Source: a virus (Duplodnaviria > Caudoviricetes). From it: 26,083 nt of DNA. Location: IMG/VR virus record IMGVR_UViG_3300010376_000119, positions 1-26,083 of that record, one strand, 5' to 3'. The position numbers and the translations under genes are program-made. This document shows positions 23,584-26,083 of this stretch, in pieces; the stretch's first letter is position 1, and every line of letters starts with the position of its first letter. Under the pieces are notes generated by a model, which saw only the letters and a program-made list of their open reading frames with translations, searched no databases and was not told where the DNA came from.

Positions 23584-24707
23584 ACCAGCGCTTCCTGCGC
23601 CGCCCCGGCCGCCGGTGGCAGATCACCCGCGAGCTCCGCTTTCTTCCACTCGACGCGCTGGCGTAGTGTCTCGATAGCGCGGTCGACCTGCTCGTGTGGC
23701 GCCGGCAACCCGAGCTTGCAGTCGTCGAAGGGCACCTCGAGCCGCGCCGCGTCCTCGATCAAGGTCGCCAGCTGCTCGGCGAGCGGCGTGCCGGTGGTCA
23801 CCTGAGCCGGCGGCTTCCTGGCCTTGTTGGCCGTGTCGACCGCCCTGCGCAGGAGCTTGCCTTGCTCGATGATGTCCGACTCGCTCGCGTCCGCCTCGAG
23901 GTCCCAGGAGTGATCCTCGGGCGCGAACACGCCAGCCAGCGAGGCCTCGGCGAGCAGCGAGCCGTACAGCCGCCGCAGCTCGGGCCGGCGGTCCTCGACC
24001 TGGTCCTGGGCGTCGAAGATCTTCGCGTGGAGTGTGGCGTTCTCCTGCACCGTGCGCGTCGCCTGCGGCAGTGGGTCGTCGGCGGGCGCTTCATCGTCCA
24101 CCTCGCCGAGCATCGGCTCGACGCCCGCGAGCTCCGCGGGGAAGGCCTTCCTCAAAGCGAGCGCTTCGGCGCATTTCGCGAGCATGCCCCGCGGCCGCGC
24201 GCGCCACACCTCGCCGATCGGGCCCGAGCCCGGGTAGTACTCGCTCCAGAACACCGTCGCCGAGAACGGGTGCTTTCTCCCACTCGCGCCGTCCTTCCGC
24301 CACACGGTAACGCTGGCCGATTCGGGAGCGGTGCTCCGGCTGCCGTCGATCGTCACCGTGCCGCGGAAGATCGCGTCGTCGGAGCCGGCATAGCAGCCCG
24401 AGCGCGCGGCCTGCAGGCGGTCCCCGTCGATGCCGGTCTGGAACACGAACTTGCCGCCCCGCGGGATCAGGTAGCACTGTTTGAGCAGCGGACTCAGCTT
24501 CATCGCGTCGGCGCGCGCGATGTACAGCAGCAACTCCTCGAGCGGCGTCGAGCGATCGACGGTGGCGGCGATGATGGCCACCTCGGCCGGCGTGTGGCCC
24601 GTGTACTCGGCGATCGACTGCAGCGTGAGCGACTCGCGTTCGGCGAGCGCGCCCGCGGTGGCCGGCCGGGCGGGGGCCATCTGTCGGTTGGGTGCGGTTG
24701 AGGGCAT
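23580..24707 (-). CDS. bet: Bet/RecT-family single-strand annealing recombinase, 375 aa
   Basis: LSPLLKQCYLIPRGGK...QTGIDG.R..A.RSG.YAG...SEY...W...PRGMLAKCAEALALRKAFP; GGAGG SD. Confidence 0.9.
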   Translation of the reverse strand: MPSTAPNRQMAPARPATAGALAERESLTLQSIAEYTGHTPAEVAIIAATVDRSTPLEELLLYIARADAMKLSPLLKQCYLIPRGGKFVFQTGIDGDRLQAARSGCYAGSDDAIFRGTVTIDGSRSTAPESASVTVWRKDGASGRKHPFSATVFWSEYYPGSGPIGEVWRARPRGMLAKCAEALALRKAFPAELAGVEPMLGEVDDEAPADDPLPQATRTVQENATLHAKIFDAQDQVEDRRPELRRLYGSLLAEASLAGVFAPEDHSWDLEADASESDIIEQGKLLRRAVDTANKARKPPAQVTTGTPLAEQLATLIEDAARLEVPFDDCKLGLPAPHEQVDRAIETLRQRVEWKKAELAGDLPPAAGAAQEALV

Positions 24708-24730
24708 CTAGCAAGACCTCCAGAAGTGAT

Positions 24731-24805
24731 TCACGAGCTCGCGCGCCAGGTGACCAGCAGCGAGAGCGCGGCGATCAACAGGAACCCGATCAACAGCCAT
24801 CGCAC
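24731..24805 (-). CDS. 24-aa hydrophobic micropeptide MRWLLIGFLLIAALSLLVTWRASS
   Basis: GTG immediately after upstream TAG; exactly fills the gap before the bet SD; single-TM composition. Confidence 0.5.
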   Translation of the reverse strand: MRWLLIGFLLIAALSLLVTWRASS

Positions 24806-25321
24806 CTAGCACAGCCCCCGCTGCACGACGACCCATTGGGAACGGAAGAACGCTTCGCCGCGAGCGGCCATGCGCGCCGCGGCACTCCACTCGCTCGCAC
24901 GATCGCCAATCACCACGCCCCAGGCGCGCGCCGTCGATGGCAGCCATTGGAGCCAGCCGCGCGCCCCGCTCGAGGGATTGACCGCGCTGCCCGTGTGATT
25001 GGACTCGTAGCGCTCCACGCACAGCAGGCGCTGACCCAGCGCCCCACCAATCGGCACCGTGGATGCACCGGGGAGTAAGGTCGGTGCACCCACGGCCTGA
25101 TCGGGCGAGCTCGGGGGAAGTTCGCCCACGGTCTCGCGCAGGTACTGGGCGGGCGGCACGCCCACCGTGGCCGCCGCAGCTCGCAGGTCCTGCGGATCTT
25201 TGTGGTGCTCGGCGGCGAGCGCCAGGACCTGGTCGTCGTCCGAAGCCAGGGCTTGATCAAGTTTCGCCGCGGTGAGCAACGACATGGCCATCAGCGTCGC
25301 CACCACCATCCGCCGCGCCAT
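24806..25321 (-). CDS. 171-aa secreted lysozyme-like / Rpf-like transglycosylase
   Basis: Signal peptide MARRMVVATLMAMSLLTAA; C-terminal LLCVERYES...AVNPSSGARGWLQWLPSTA..WG (catalytic ES and GxxQ). Confidence 0.75.
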   Translation of the reverse strand: MARRMVVATLMAMSLLTAAKLDQALASDDDQVLALAAEHHKDPQDLRAAAATVGVPPAQYLRETVGELPPSSPDQAVGAPTLLPGASTVPIGGALGQRLLCVERYESNHTGSAVNPSSGARGWLQWLPSTARAWGVVIGDRASEWSAAARMAARGEAFFRSQWVVVQRGLC

Positions 25322-25509
25322 CAGACGACTTCGGCCTTTCCGCGCAGGCAATCGTGGCGCCGCGTCGGCGTCAACTCGTCGTGCGGCTTGCACAAAAACC
25401 GCTCACACAACGGGCACCAGGTCTCGACCGGCTGCCGGCACTCACCCTGTTCGCACTGGTCGGGCAGCGGTCGATCGTCTGGCACCAACACCAGGTAACC
25501 CTGGCTCAC
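25321..25509 (-). CDS. 62-aa Cys/His-rich B-box-like Zn-finger protein
   Basis: CEQGEC-x7-CPLC-x4-CKPH-x8-HDC; GTGA overlap with upstream gene. Confidence 0.7.
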   Translation of the reverse strand: MSQGYLVLVPDDRPLPDQCEQGECRQPVETWCPLCERFLCKPHDELTPTRRHDCLRGKAEVV

Positions 25510-25742
25510 GTGAACAGCCCCGCGAGCTGGCGTACGACCCAGAGCGCCAGCCACACGCTCCCGAGGATCAACGCCAGCCCGAGAATCACCGACGCCACCA
25601 CGCCGCTGCAGACGATGGTCGCCACGGCGACATCCAGCAGCCGGTCGCCCAGCGGACGGCGCCCGTGCCAGTGTCGCGGCGACGGAAACGTGTGATTGGC
25701 GTAGAAGCCGTTCCGCGGCCGTTGGGTGACGGGTTGGGTCAT
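25506..25742 (-). CDS. 78-aa membrane protein
   Basis: Long hydrophobic C-terminal stretch; overlaps neighbours by 1 and 4 nt. Confidence 0.7.
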   Translation of the reverse strand: MTQPVTQRPRNGFYANHTFPSPRHWHGRRPLGDRLLDVAVATIVCSGVVASVILGLALILGSVWLALWVVRQLAGLFT

Positions 25743-26083
25743 CAGAACGGTGCCTCGTCAGCGTCGAGGTCATCGACGTCAGCCGCGGTCCCGGAGGCAT
25801 CCGCCGCGGCCGACGCCGAGCCACCGTTCCCGCGACCGACCGCAACGGCCTCGGGCGGGGTGGTCCCGTTGAGCTCGGCGACCGCGCGCGCGGTCTCGGC
25901 CTGCCAGGCCGCTTCTTGCTCTGCGCGTTCGCGCCTGCGGCGCTCCTTCTGCGCCTCGTCGCACGCCTTGTGCAGGTAACTGTCCTCATCGCCGAGCGGG
26001 TCGCCGCATTCGTTGCACAGCCGCAGTGGCGGGTTCATGCGCCGCCGCACCTCGCGGTTGACCGAGTGCCGCAGGTCGGCCTC
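25742..26083 (-). CDS. Probably 5'-truncated protein with CxxC..HxxC finger and acidic DDLDADEAPF tail
   Basis: Frame is open to the window edge (EADLRHSVNREVRRRMNPPLRLCNECG...); internal ATG at 26038 is an alternative start. Confidence 0.65.
   Translation of the reverse strand, partial: EADLRHSVNREVRRRMNPPLRLCNECGDPLGDEDSYLHKACDEAQKERRRRERAEQEAAWQAETARAVAELNGTTPPEAVAVGRGNGGSASAAADASGTAADVDDLDADEAPF

Noticed and set aside
24708-25022. 104-aa minus ORF overlapping the transglycosylase
   Set aside because: Alternate-frame R-rich ORF; the region is explained by the 171-aa gene and the 24-aa peptide
1-26083. Alternative genetic code or stop-codon recoding
   Set aside because: Genes tile densely under the standard code, TAG/TGA/TAA all act as stops, and conserved proteins are full length

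Overview
GC-rich segment of a tailed dsDNA phage or prophage, almost entirely coded on the minus strand. Read right to left it runs: early/recombination genes (Zn-finger ORFs, a secreted lysozyme/Rpf-like transglycosylase, a Bet/RecT annealase, VRR-NUC, a replication initiator with internal repeats), a divergent HNH / LuxR-type HTH cassette around two tandem perfect palindromes, then packaging genes (HGG-motif terS, terL, a translationally coupled GT2-TPR glycosyltransferase, portal). These are followed by several tiny Lys-rich proteins, three large low-complexity proteins that look like DNA-ejection proteins (the largest has SLT and C39-like peptidase domains), scaffold, major capsid, small accessory virion proteins (one FN3), and a putative fibre module (131-aa beta protein, an 18-unit Q-x-Q repeat protein with no acidic residue over ~400 aa, and a partner sharing a 3x YxxLE motif). 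No tape measure, tail tube or sheath gene is visible, which fits a podovirus-like virion. Only two plus-strand genes are credible: the HNH gene and a small antisense membrane-protein 'moron'. All family calls are from motif recognition by eye; no database search was run.
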